From a bacterium (GTDB taxonomy: Bacteria; UBA10199; 2-02-FULL-44-16; JAAZCA01): 64,000 nucleotides of DNA. The position numbers were made by a program, and so were the translations under genes. Positions 19,381 through 29,086 of this stretch are shown one piece after another. The stretch covers positions 480,001 to 544,000 of the forward strand of contig CAXXGI010000002.1 of NCBI GenBank assembly GCA_963674695.2, written 5' to 3'. Position 1 is the first letter of the stretch; every line of letters begins with the position of its first letter. A model generated the notes under the pieces. That model saw nothing but the letters and a program-made list of their open reading frames with translations. It made no database searches and was not told where the DNA came from.

Positions 19381-20163
19381 TTACCGCCGCTTGCGTCTCC
19401 GTTTGGAGGGCATGCTTGTGGCGGGTTTGATCAGCCCCGAGGCGTCCCGTACTTCGAGGCAGGGGGCAGTTGATAGCGGGGGAGAGAGCGTCGGGCCTGA
19501 GGTGCTTGCAGGTTTCTGCCATGTCGCGAGGTGTTGTGAAAACCGAGTATCGCCGGCGATGCTTGCGAAGTCGTCGGTGATGGCGAGCCACATGCGGGTG
19601 CGCTCGGGATCGAGCGCATACGCTTCATCGAGCGCTGCGATCGCTTCGTCGATTTCATCGACCGCGGCATGATAGGTCGCGCGATATTCAGCCGCTTCAT
19701 ATCCTCCCTTGAGCAGCTTCAGATCGACCTTGGAAAATTTCTTATTGGCTTTCTGTATCTCTCCCTGAGCCCCCAGGAGCGAGGCCAGCAGGAGATCGCA
19801 TTCGGCCTTGTGGAGCTTCGTTCCCTTCCGGCGCGCTTTTTTGTAATAGCGATGGGCCTCATCGGCGAATGCTTCTCCCGTGCGACCTTGCGCCTTCAAA
19901 AAGAGATAGAGGTTGTGATAGGCGACCCCGATGCTGCGCCAGGTCTGGTGCGCGGTGGTGCGTTCCGGTTCTTCGCTCGCTTCAAAGGCAACGATGCGCG
20001 AGGCCTGTCGCAGCAGGTGGCGGCCCTTGGGGCAGTCGGCCGAAGCGCGCAGCGCCTGGATGGCGACTTCCAGATCATCGTTTGCAAACGCCTCCACAAC
20101 GGCGGGCGAGACGGGACCAGCGTTGGCCGATGAAACGAAGACGAGCAGGATCAGTCCAAGCAT
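19381..20163 (-). CDS. Secreted TPR-like hypothetical protein
   Basis: Signal peptide (ANA/G); TPR-like AIAALDEAYALDP followed by DDFASI..D.RF. Confidence 0.7.
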   Translation of the reverse strand: MLGLILLVFVSSANAGPVSPAVVEAFANDDLEVAIQALRASADCPKGRHLLRQASRIVAFEASEEPERTTAHQTWRSIGVAYHNLYLFLKAQGRTGEAFADEAHRYYKKARRKGTKLHKAECDLLLASLLGAQGEIQKANKKFSKVDLKLLKGGYEAAEYRATYHAAVDEIDEAIAALDEAYALDPERTRMWLAITDDFASIAGDTRFSQHLATWQKPASTSGPTLSPPLSTAPCLEVRDASGLIKPATSMPSKRRRKRR

Positions 20164-20241
20164 GAACGGCCATCGAATGTGAGGTGCGAATTTCAGAGTG
20201 ATCTCCTGAGGCGAACGTTCTGTCGGGTCACGTGTTACGTG

Positions 20242-20919
20242 TCACGGCTTCTTCACCGACACCGCAAAGTTCTTATAGTCGCATGCGGCGGTCTTGTGCA
20301 CGGCGTTGCCGTCGGTGAGGATGCCGACGCCGGAGGGGTTCCTCTCGAGTTTTCGTCCGAAGAGCTGTTCGTAATCGGAGACGACATCGACCGTGTGCGC
20401 GATCCACTGTCCCTTTTGGGCGGCACCGCTGTCGAGGACCTTGATCTTGAGTTTGCCCCCGCGACGCGTGACCACGGTGCCCGGTGCGAGCGTCGTGCTC
20501 CAGACGTATTTGATCGCGTGACCCTGCCATTTGCCGACTACGACGTAGACGCCGCAGGCGCTGTCGTTGGTGGCGTCATTGTTTTCCGCTGCCCCCTCCG
20601 GGAGCGTCATCGCGCGCCACGACCAGGAGAGCATCGGGCGTTTGGCCACCGGCCAGTCGAAGTTACGGAAGATCTGAACCGAATACCCCTTGTCGTCCAT
20701 GGCGCGAATGAAGCGCCTGTTTCCCTCTGCCCCAACTTTGTAGACGTATTCGACTTCATCCCCCTGCGTGGGCCAGTTGCGCCACCCCTTCGGAAAGGCG
20801 CCGACTTTCCAGGCCTTCGTGTTGTCGAGTGAAAAACGAGTGATGCCCTCCTGGGCGGAACCGATTGTGGGAGCAGCCAGGAGAAGCGCGCAGATGAGAA
20901 CCATGCCGAGAGTTTTCAT
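20242..20919 (-). CDS. DUF3047-like secreted protein
   Basis: Signal peptide; LSWSWR, NDSACGVYV, IKYVWS, DYEQLFG, GILTDG pattern. Confidence 0.75.
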   Translation of the reverse strand: MKTLGMVLICALLLAAPTIGSAQEGITRFSLDNTKAWKVGAFPKGWRNWPTQGDEVEYVYKVGAEGNRRFIRAMDDKGYSVQIFRNFDWPVAKRPMLSWSWRAMTLPEGAAENNDATNDSACGVYVVVGKWQGHAIKYVWSTTLAPGTVVTRRGGKLKIKVLDSGAAQKGQWIAHTVDVVSDYEQLFGRKLERNPSGVGILTDGNAVHKTAACDYKNFAVSVKKP

Positions 20920-20954
20920 GGGTTTCGTATAGAGGGGATGGCGCATGCTGTCAA

Positions 20955-21728
20955 TTATACCGCGATCAGTCGGCGAAGCGCCGCTTCAAAGGGTTTCGGC
21001 AGCGGTGTGGTGAATGTGAGTTGCGCACCGGATTTTGAATGGATGAAGGATATCGTTTCGGCGTGCAGCAGGTGATGCGTGGGGGCGAGCGGATCTTGCT
21101 CGCGCTTCTTCGGATTCTGGTAGAGCGTATCTCCGGAGAGGGGGAAGCCGAGCCCACTCAAGTGCGCGCGAATCTGATGCCGCACGCCCGTTTCGATTGT
21201 CACGCGCAGCAGGGCATAAGGGAGAGGGATCCCATCGCCGCGGAACTGAAAACGCCTCTCGACGGAAAAGGCGGTGTGCGCCTCGCGGGCCTTGAGCTCT
21301 CGCGCACGCTCGCTTGATTCGCAGACGACCATCTTCTTCTTCTTGCGCGGATGATGCGCGATGGGCGCATCGATCCTTCCCGCATTCGGCGGGATTCCCA
21401 CGACGAGGGCAAGGTACTCCTTGTGAATGGCATGATCGGCGAGCTGTTGGCGGAGATTCTCGTAGGTTTCCATCGTGCGCGCCGCGACGATGACGCCCGA
21501 AGTATCGTTGTCGAGACGATGCACGAGCCCCGCCTCGAGTGCTCCATCGGGGAGTTTGCGCTGCTCGGGAAATGCATCGAGGATCCAGGCCGCGAGCGTT
21601 CCCGTTTCATCCGCGCACAGGTTTGCCGCCGCCATCCCCGCAGGCTTGTCGAGGATCAGGAGGAAGTCATCCTGATACAGGATCTTTGGCATTTCTGCAT
21701 TCATAAGCGATGGGGTTTTACGCTTCAC
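20955..21728 (-). CDS. RluA family pseudouridine synthase
   Basis: DKPAG, HRLDNDTSG, TGVRHQIRAHL, GDTLY motifs. Confidence 0.92.
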   Translation of the reverse strand: MKRKTPSLMNAEMPKILYQDDFLLILDKPAGMAAANLCADETGTLAAWILDAFPEQRKLPDGALEAGLVHRLDNDTSGVIVAARTMETYENLRQQLADHAIHKEYLALVVGIPPNAGRIDAPIAHHPRKKKKMVVCESSERARELKAREAHTAFSVERRFQFRGDGIPLPYALLRVTIETGVRHQIRAHLSGLGFPLSGDTLYQNPKKREQDPLAPTHHLLHAETISFIHSKSGAQLTFTTPLPKPFEAALRRLIAV

Positions 21729-21761
21729 GGATCACGGGTCACGTGTAACGGGTTACAGTTC

Positions 21762-23051
21762 TTACGGCGTCACCCGCGTGATCATGCGCGGAAAGGGGAT
21801 CGCCTCGCGGATGTGGCGCACGCCACAGATCCAACCGACGAGCCGTTCCAGGCCGAAGCCAAAACCGGAGTGGGTGACACTTCCGTACCGGCGCAGATCG
21901 AGATACCATCCAAAAGAATCACGCGGGAGACCGTGTTCATCGATGCGCGCAAGCAATGTATCATAGTCGTCTTCGCGCTGGCTTCCACCGATGACCTCTC
22001 CGAACCCTTCGGGCGCGAGGAGGTCGGCGCACATCGCGAGCCCCTCGTCCTCGGGATCGCGCTTCATATAGAAGGCCTTGATCGCGGCCGGATATTTTTC
22101 GACGAAGAGCGGCGTGTCGAGGTTCTCCGTCAGCAGCGTCTCATCTTCGGCGCCAAGATCCTTTTCCGATGTGATGGCACTGCCGAGCCCCTGGAGCTTC
22201 TTCACCGCGTCGGCATGTGTCATGCGCGCAAAGGGTGCATCGGCCTTGTTGAGTCGCTCCACATCGCGCTCGAGGATCGCAAGTTCCTGCTCGCAGTTTT
22301 TCAGACAGCGCCGTACGATATGACGGATGAGTGCCTCCTGAATGACCAAGTTCCCCTCATGGTCGCAGAAGGCCATCTCGGCATCCATCATCCAGAATTC
22401 AGTCAGGTGTCGACGCGTCTTGCTCTTCTCCGCGCGGAAGGTCGGCCCGAAGTCGAAGACGCGCCCGAAGCTCATGATCGCCGCCTCGAGGTAGAGCTGG
22501 CCCGACTGCGAGAGATAGGCCTTGCCCAGGTCGAAGTAGGGGACCTCGAAGAGCGTGGTCGTGCCCTCGCACGCGGCGGGGGTCAGGATGGGCGAGTCGA
22601 ACTTGATGAAGTCGTTGTCGCCAAACCACTCGTAGGTGCCATCGATGACCTCGTTGCGCACGCGCTGGATCGCCCACTGTCTCTTCGAGCGCAGCCAGAG
22701 GTGGCGGTTATCGAGGAGGAAGTCCGGTCCGTGTTCCTTCTTGGAGATCGGATATTCCGCAGCGATCTGCACGATCTCAATGCCGCTCACCTGCAGTTCG
22801 TACTCCTCCTTCTTCGGGTGCTTGCTCACGGTTCCGGTAACGATAGCGGATGATTCCATGGTCAGCGCGTGGGCGTCATCCCAGACCAATTCCTCCACGT
22901 CCGGTCGGTGCACGATGCCCTGCACGAATCCCGAGCCGTCGCGGATTTGGAGGAAGGTGATCTTGCCGGATGAGCGCGTGTTGTAGATCCATCCCTTGAC
23001 GGTGACTGTTTTGCCCACATGTTCGGCGATGTCGGTGATCAGAATATCCAT
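21762..23051 (-). CDS. asnS: Asparagine--tRNA ligase
   Basis: OB fold, [39 protein letters not shown]. Confidence 0.96.
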   Translation of the reverse strand: MDILITDIAEHVGKTVTVKGWIYNTRSSGKITFLQIRDGSGFVQGIVHRPDVEELVWDDAHALTMESSAIVTGTVSKHPKKEEYELQVSGIEIVQIAAEYPISKKEHGPDFLLDNRHLWLRSKRQWAIQRVRNEVIDGTYEWFGDNDFIKFDSPILTPAACEGTTTLFEVPYFDLGKAYLSQSGQLYLEAAIMSFGRVFDFGPTFRAEKSKTRRHLTEFWMMDAEMAFCDHEGNLVIQEALIRHIVRRCLKNCEQELAILERDVERLNKADAPFARMTHADAVKKLQGLGSAITSEKDLGAEDETLLTENLDTPLFVEKYPAAIKAFYMKRDPEDEGLAMCADLLAPEGFGEVIGGSQREDDYDTLLARIDEHGLPRDSFGWYLDLRRYGSVTHSGFGFGLERLVGWICGVRHIREAIPFPRMITRVTP

Positions 23052-23084
23052 TATTGTTTCCTTACAAAGGAGGGGGGTGTCACT

Positions 23085-23972
23085 CTATTCATCCACATCC
23101 CGCGTGACGTGCGCCGCGAGTATCTTCTGTATGAACGGGGCGAGGTCCTCGCCGTGATCGCGAAGTCCGTAGAAGAGGTTGGCCTCGAGAAATCCGATGG
23201 GATCGCCCGTGTCGAACTGTCGCCCCTCATATTCATATGCGATCATTTTGTCGGCGGCGGCGAGCGTATTCATGGCGTCGGCCAGTTGAATTTCGCCACC
23301 ACGTCCCGGCGGGGTTTGTTCCAAAACCTCCATCACCTCATTCGTGAAGAGATAGCGCCCCACCACCGAGAGGTCGCTCGGCGCTTCGTCGGCCGTTGGT
23401 TTTTCCACGACGCTCCGGGCGTAGTGCAGTCGATCCTCCGAACGCGCGATGTCATAGATGCCATAGAGGTGAATCTTGTCGCGCGGCGTGTGTTCGGTGG
23501 CATTCACCGACAGCCCCGTTTTTTCGTATGCCTCGATCAGCTGCTGACAACAGGGCGTTTCGCTCTCGATGAGGACATCCGGCAGGATGATGATGAAGGG
23601 CTCTCCCGCCACCGCCTCTTTGGCGCAGAGGATCGCGTGGCCGAGCCCCTTGGGGTTCTCCTGCGGCGCGGCGGTAATGCGCACCCCATGGGTGAGTTCG
23701 CGCAGCCCATCGAGCAGGGCCCCTTTTCCCGCTTGGGCCAGTTTACGGTCATAGGCGGTATCGCCCCGGAAGTAGTCGAGGATCTCCTCCTTGTCGGGCG
23801 AGGTGATCAGGATCACCTCGTCGATGCCGGAGCACACGGCCTCTTCGATCACCAGGTGCAGCGTGGGCCTGGTTCCAATGGGGAGCAGCTCCTTCGGAAT
23901 CACCTTGGTGATGGGCAGAAATCGTGTTCCCATCCCCGCCACCGGGATGACGACCTTTCGCACGTTGGACAT
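23085..23972 (-). CDS. galU: UTP--glucose-1-phosphate uridylyltransferase
   Basis: PVAGMGTRFLP.TK..PKELLP, GLGHA, VEKP, GEIQLAD. Confidence 0.93.
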   Translation of the reverse strand: MSNVRKVVIPVAGMGTRFLPITKVIPKELLPIGTRPTLHLVIEEAVCSGIDEVILITSPDKEEILDYFRGDTAYDRKLAQAGKGALLDGLRELTHGVRITAAPQENPKGLGHAILCAKEAVAGEPFIIILPDVLIESETPCCQQLIEAYEKTGLSVNATEHTPRDKIHLYGIYDIARSEDRLHYARSVVEKPTADEAPSDLSVVGRYLFTNEVMEVLEQTPPGRGGEIQLADAMNTLAAADKMIAYEYEGRQFDTGDPIGFLEANLFYGLRDHGEDLAPFIQKILAAHVTRDVDE

Positions 23973-24146
23973 GATGACCTCCAGGGAGCGTCGAAGCTTT
24001 AGCAATGCCCCTGATTCCTGTAAAGTCCTTTTTTTCCAATGGGTTGGAAGGTTTCTGTGTGACGCTGAAAACTAAATGATGGTATTTATAGTATTCTCTG
24101 GTTTTTTTACGCAACATTTGCGAACAAGTTCCGATAAGGGAGGCCT

Positions 24147-26330
24147 ATGGACAATCAGAGTTTCGGCCTCTGGACGTCGCCGATTACAAAAAACCCATCC
24201 CACGAGTTGAGTGTGGCAAAGGCTGAGAAGCACGGCGCCACCGTGCATGACGTCGATTGCAATGGATTCGTGAATGTCGGCGATACCATCGCCATTCCGA
24301 CGTTTCATCGAAACTCCTCCTATCAGCGACGGCCGTTTGTCTTCAGCGTCACCGAGCAGAATGAGCGTGAACTCAGTTTGATTTTTTCGAGTCCACCTGG
24401 GTTTCGCGTGCGGCGGCACTTTCGCGATCGCGGGGATACGAAACAGTGGATGCACTATTCCTATCAGTTCACGCGTGGGCAGCTTGAGTTCGATCAGGTG
24501 CAGACGCTCACGATGATCGGGAGTGCGTGCCGTGTCTTTGAAAACGATGTGAATAACGTTCAGGACCGTCCCTGTACGCCATTTGAGAAATCACTCTTTC
24601 GGACGAACGCCGATGATGAGGTTCCCTTCATAACAGAGCGCCTTATCGTGGAACGACACATGGCGGCGGTGGAGGAACTCGAACGTCTGCAGCAGGAGAT
24701 TCGTTGGACCAACGATACAGAGGGACGCGATCTGGATCTCGAGCCGACCTATCGCGGTTACGAATTTCTCTTCTCCGACGATGTGATCCCCACCATCGAT
24801 GCCCTGATTCAGCATGTCGAGCAATCGGGTGATAGCGATGAGACCGCAGGGCTGGGGGTGAAGGAGCTGCAGTTCTATCGGCAGTACCTGATCGCCATGT
24901 GGCTGGAGCGGGGTGTTGGAGCATATGAGGATCGGATCAAAGATGTTCTGAATGAGGATCGCATTCCCATCTCATGGTTGGATCGAAAGGTCTGTGCTCA
25001 TGAGTTGGGGCAGTTGCTCGCAAGTGAGCAAAGTGGCGACAGACGGCAAGAACTCCTGAAGCTGCGGGCGCAGTTTCAGCGCGAGGTCTACAACCCGCTG
25101 TTGCTCGAACGGGAAGGATTCTATACGGAAGCGGTGCAGAAGTTTTATCCCTCCTATTTCGATTTCGTCGTTTCCGCCAAGAATGTTGCAGATCCGAACG
25201 GTATTATCGATTCGGCAAAGGCATTTTCGGAGAGGACCGACTCGATCTATCAGCAGCTGCTCGCGCATAGGGCCAAAGGGATTGGAAAGACGGTGGAGGA
25301 GCTGCGTTGGTCCGATCTCGGCGTCCTCTTCGATCCGCTCTCCTCCCGGAAATTCTTTCCGGCGGAGCTGATGGTCCCGTTCATGCGATATACATTTGAA
25401 GGCATGGGTTTTACCTTCGACGAGGATCTCAACCAAGCCATCCTCATCAATGATTTTCCCCACCCGCGCAAGGATCCAAACCCAAAGACCTATCCGGTCT
25501 CCGTGCCGGACGATGTGCGTTTCACCATCATGCCCCACGGCGGCATGAGTGATTTCAATGCCATGTTGCATGAGATGACCCACGCGCTGCACTATACCAA
25601 TGTTTCAACACAGCAGTGGGCGCTGAAATATCTCGGCGATCGGATGGCGCTGGAGACCTATGCGGTTATGATTGGGCATCTGATGTGCGACCCCGATTTT
25701 CTCATGCACTATCGTGACTTCGTGCACGCGTGGAACAGCCAGGGTGCCGTTGAGAAGAAGGTGCCGGAGCTCGCCGATAAGGATATCGCCGAGATCGTTC
25801 GCGCGGGGGCGCTCCGGAAGCTCTATATGGTGCGGCGATATAATGTCGGAAAGATGCAGTATGAGCGCGCGGTGATGCGTGGAGACGGCTATCGTCTCAA
25901 CGATAGTCCGACGGAGCCGTCGATTGGGCGGCGCACCTATTATGGGCATGTCTTCGAGGGGGTCTATGGATTTCCCCTGGAGGAGGAAGATTTAGATCGG
26001 TATGTCTCCGATGTGAGTCCTGACTTTGTCACCGTCGATTATGCGCGCGCGTTCACCCTGGCGCCCCATTTTTCCGAGCTCCTCAGCCGTGATGTCGGTT
26101 CCGACTGGTATGTGAATCCGGACACAGCGGATTTTCTGCGCACCTGGTGTTTTCAGTGGGGCACTTCCGATACAGAGGCTGAATATGCCGATCGATTCGG
26201 TATGAGTGTCACCGATAACTCTGCGCTGTTTCGTGAGATTCAGTCGAACCTTCGTCGTGCTGATGAGCTGGCTGGTCCCCTTCCCTCCGATGGGACGGAC
26301 GGGGGATTCTTCGATTTCCTCTTCAAATAG
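24147..26330 (+). CDS. Hypothetical zinc metallopeptidase-like protein (M3/gluzincin-like)
   Basis: HEMTHALHY zinc motif with downstream E (ALETYA); P..VPDDVR region; unique N-terminus without signal peptide. Confidence 0.65.
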   Translation: MDNQSFGLWTSPITKNPSHELSVAKAEKHGATVHDVDCNGFVNVGDTIAIPTFHRNSSYQRRPFVFSVTEQNERELSLIFSSPPGFRVRRHFRDRGDTKQWMHYSYQFTRGQLEFDQVQTLTMIGSACRVFENDVNNVQDRPCTPFEKSLFRTNADDEVPFITERLIVERHMAAVEELERLQQEIRWTNDTEGRDLDLEPTYRGYEFLFSDDVIPTIDALIQHVEQSGDSDETAGLGVKELQFYRQYLIAMWLERGVGAYEDRIKDVLNEDRIPISWLDRKVCAHELGQLLASEQSGDRRQELLKLRAQFQREVYNPLLLEREGFYTEAVQKFYPSYFDFVVSAKNVADPNGIIDSAKAFSERTDSIYQQLLAHRAKGIGKTVEELRWSDLGVLFDPLSSRKFFPAELMVPFMRYTFEGMGFTFDEDLNQAILINDFPHPRKDPNPKTYPVSVPDDVRFTIMPHGGMSDFNAMLHEMTHALHYTNVSTQQWALKYLGDRMALETYAVMIGHLMCDPDFLMHYRDFVHAWNSQGAVEKKVPELADKDIAEIVRAGALRKLYMVRRYNVGKMQYERAVMRGDGYRLNDSPTEPSIGRRTYYGHVFEGVYGFPLEEEDLDRYVSDVSPDFVTVDYARAFTLAPHFSELLSRDVGSDWYVNPDTADFLRTWCFQWGTSDTEAEYADRFGMSVTDNSALFREIQSNLRRADELAGPLPSDGTDGGFFDFLFK

Positions 26331-27097
26331 GTACAGTAGGGCACACCCCTTGTTTCATCCCATCCAATATGGACATCCGCGCCGAAGACGGCAGCCATCA
26401 TCTCCGATGTGATGATCGTCCGCGGGTGGCCGTTCGCGGCGATGGCCCCCTCCCGCATGAGCACCATGCGATCGCAGAGGGTTGCGGCCATGTTGATGTC
26501 GTGCAGGACGATAGCGATGGCCAATCCCTCGTCGTGCGCTAATCGGCGCAGGCGCTCGGCCAGTTCTGCTCCGTGGCGCAGATCGAGGAAGGTGGTCGGT
26601 TCATCCAGGAGCAGCACGGGGGTGCGCTGCGCGAGCGCACAGGCGAGCAATACCCGTTGGTGTTCGCCGCCGGAGAGTTCGTGAATGGAACGGTGAGCAA
26701 AACGAGTGGTATCGGTCGCCTCCATCGCGCGTTGGGCGATCGCCAGATCCTCAGCCGATTCAAATCCAAAGGGGCTGAGATGTGGGGCGCGGCCCATCAG
26801 CACGATTTCGAGCGCCGTGAAGGAAAACGGAATGTGGTTCTCCTGCGGAAGCCATGCGATCAGCTGTGCGCGCTCGCGAGCGGAGAGCGCAGCGAGTTTC
26901 TTCTCTTGTGCCATCACCTCACCCTCGGTGCTCTCGAGTGCGCCGGCCAGCAGCCCCAGCAGCGTTGATTTCCCGGCGCCGTTTGGCCCAAGGATTCCCA
27001 AGATTTCACCGGCGCGTACCTCAAGCGAAACCCCGCGGATGATCGGGGTGTCGTCGTAGGAGAAGTGAAGGTCCTTTGCGGCGAGCATGGTTTTCAT
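26240..27097 (-). CDS. Cobalamin/Fe-siderophore ABC transporter ATP-binding protein (BtuD-like)
   Basis: GPNGAGKS, LSGGE, LLLDEPT; ATGA overlap with the permease gene. Confidence 0.92.
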   Translation of the reverse strand: MKTMLAAKDLHFSYDDTPIIRGVSLEVRAGEILGILGPNGAGKSTLLGLLAGALESTEGEVMAQEKKLAALSARERAQLIAWLPQENHIPFSFTALEIVLMGRAPHLSPFGFESAEDLAIAQRAMEATDTTRFAHRSIHELSGGEHQRVLLACALAQRTPVLLLDEPTTFLDLRHGAELAERLRRLAHDEGLAIAIVLHDINMAATLCDRMVLMREGAIAANGHPRTIITSEMMAAVFGADVHIGWDETRGVPYCTYLKRKSKNPPSVPSEGRGPASSSARRRFD

Positions 27098-28104
27098 CGG
27101 GTCTTTGCCCCCCGTTTCAAGAGGATCAGAAACAGCGGCGCGCCGACCATCGCGGTGATGACCCCGACGGGCAGCTGGGTTGCATAGTCGGTATGCATCA
27201 GAAGCGTGCGCGCGCCGGTATCCGCCCAGATGAGAAAGATCGCTCCTCCCAGCCCCGAGGCGGGGATGACCAGTCGGTTGTCCGCGCCGAAGGCGAGCCG
27301 CACCATGTGGGGCACAGCCAGGCCCACAAAACCGATAAGCCCGGATGCGGCGACCGCCGCCCCGACCATGAGGGAGCTGGCGATGAAGAGCATGAATTTG
27401 AGTCGTTCGATATTGACTCCGAGCGTGCGGGCTTGGGCTTCCCCGAGGATAAGCAGATTCATGCGACCGGCGAGCAGGCAGAGCACGATGTAGCCGGCGA
27501 GCACGCATGCAGCGATGATTCCCACGAGCTTTAAACTCATCGCTTCGAGGTTTCCGATGAGCAAAAAGAGAATTTGATAAGCCTCCTCCATCGTGACGAT
27601 GGAATTGATAAAGAGGATGAGCGCGAAGCAGAAGGCATTGAAGATGACTCCGGTGAGCAGGAGCGTCGTCGCGGGAAGGCGTCCGCTCGTGCGGGCAAAC
27701 CAGAAGATGGCCAACATGGACGCGGCGGCGCTGACAAATGCCGCGAGCGGGACGGCGGCGAAGGGGAGGGAAAAAGACATGGCGATGATCGCGCCGAGGG
27801 CCGCGCCGCCGGAAACCCCAAGGATGAAGGGATCCGCGAGCGGATTGCGCAGGAGTGCTTGATAGGTCCCGCCGGCGGAGGCCAGCGCCATTCCCACGCA
27901 GGCGGCAAGCAGGACGCGCGGCAAGCGCGAGGCATAGAGGATCGCATGGGCGCGCATATCGTCGGAGAAGAGTTGCGCCAGCCCAACCGATTCGGAGCCG
28001 ATATCGAGCGCACCGAGAATCGAAAGAATGAGTAGAGCGGTGAGCGCCCCCATGATGAGGAGGAAGCGCTTGCGCGTGAGATGTGTGCTCTGCAGAAGCG
28101 ACAT
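27094..28104 (-). CDS. Cobalamin/iron ABC transporter permease (BtuC/FecCD family)
   Basis: RLPR, RNPLADPFILGVSGGA, IGFVGL.VPH, LPVG motifs. Confidence 0.93.
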   Translation of the reverse strand: MSLLQSTHLTRKRFLLIMGALTALLILSILGALDIGSESVGLAQLFSDDMRAHAILYASRLPRVLLAACVGMALASAGGTYQALLRNPLADPFILGVSGGAALGAIIAMSFSLPFAAVPLAAFVSAAASMLAIFWFARTSGRLPATTLLLTGVIFNAFCFALILFINSIVTMEEAYQILFLLIGNLEAMSLKLVGIIAACVLAGYIVLCLLAGRMNLLILGEAQARTLGVNIERLKFMLFIASSLMVGAAVAASGLIGFVGLAVPHMVRLAFGADNRLVIPASGLGGAIFLIWADTGARTLLMHTDYATQLPVGVITAMVGAPLFLILLKRGAKTR

Positions 28105-28158
28105 GATTATATCATTCTCATGCGCAAACGTGAGAATTCCTCTTTAGAACTCATATAT

Positions 28159-28237
28159 TCCCTCCCCTTTGTAAGGGGAGGGTTAGGGTGGGGTAGGTCG
28201 ATCTACCTCCCCTATCCCCTCCTTACAAAGGAGGGGG
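28159..28237. repeat. CCCTCCCC...GGGGAGGG-type palindromic repeat overlapping the btuF-like stop codon
   Basis: CCTCCCCTTTGTAAGGGGAGGG ... CCCCTCCTTACAAAGGAGGGG; identical CTTACAAAGGAGGGG at 23061. Confidence 0.7.
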
Positions 28238-29086
28238 ACTGTTCAGTCGGGTTCGTTTTTTCCCATGAATCAGCTGTGCCATCCGTGCAAGTCCCTTCGG
28301 GAGGTTCGGCCCTGGGCGCAGCAGCGTTGCGTTCATCGCGTGGAGGTGACCCTCGCGTACCGCTCGAAGCGCTTCAAGATGTGTCCAGGGTCGCGCGTTC
28401 GCATCCGATTTCACTTCGCTTCCCATCGAGAGGTCGATGATCGCATCCGGATCCATGGCGATGAGCTCCTCGAGCCCGATGCGCGGATAGGCGGTTGATC
28501 CGTGCTCAATCGCATTGATGGCCCCGATGGTTGTGAGCTGTTCGTCAATATAGGTTCCGCGTCCCCCGACGATGATGGGTCGCGTTCCCCATATGAGGAG
28601 AACGCGCACCGGATCTTTCTTCTTCCATGTGCGGGACAATTCGGCAAGCTGCTCGCGTGTCTGTTGCTCCAGGTGTTTTCCCGCCTCTGAAATGCCGAGC
28701 GCGTCGGCGATCTCATGGATCGAGGTGAGGATATCCTCCATCGTTCGGAAGGAGAAGAGACGCACCGGAATGTTGAGGCTCTTGAGCATATCGATCGAGC
28801 GACGGCTGGCATTCTCCTTCGAGGCGAGCACCATGTCCGGTGCGAGCGCGATGATGCGTTCGGAGTGCGCTCGCGCATAGTCGCCGATGATCGTGGGCCG
28901 CTGCGTTCCCTGTGGGAGATCGCAGTAGCGCGTGACACCGACGAGTTTCTTCGTAGCGCCGAGCGCGACGACGATATCGGTGATGTTGGGTTTGAGCGAG
29001 ATCACGCGTGTGGGTTCCGCCGCCGTGCTCACCACATGAGCGGCGAGTACGGCAGCGAAGACCACGATGGAAAAAGGTCGACGCAT
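28223..29086 (-). CDS. Cobalamin ABC transporter substrate-binding protein (BtuF-like)
   Basis: Signal peptide; RVISL.PNITD, LVGVTRYCD, E.IIAL.PD, RPGP motifs. Confidence 0.88.
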   Translation of the reverse strand: MRRPFSIVVFAAVLAAHVVSTAAEPTRVISLKPNITDIVVALGATKKLVGVTRYCDLPQGTQRPTIIGDYARAHSERIIALAPDMVLASKENASRRSIDMLKSLNIPVRLFSFRTMEDILTSIHEIADALGISEAGKHLEQQTREQLAELSRTWKKKDPVRVLLIWGTRPIIVGGRGTYIDEQLTTIGAINAIEHGSTAYPRIGLEELIAMDPDAIIDLSMGSEVKSDANARPWTHLEALRAVREGHLHAMNATLLRPGPNLPKGLARMAQLIHGKKRTRLNSPPPL

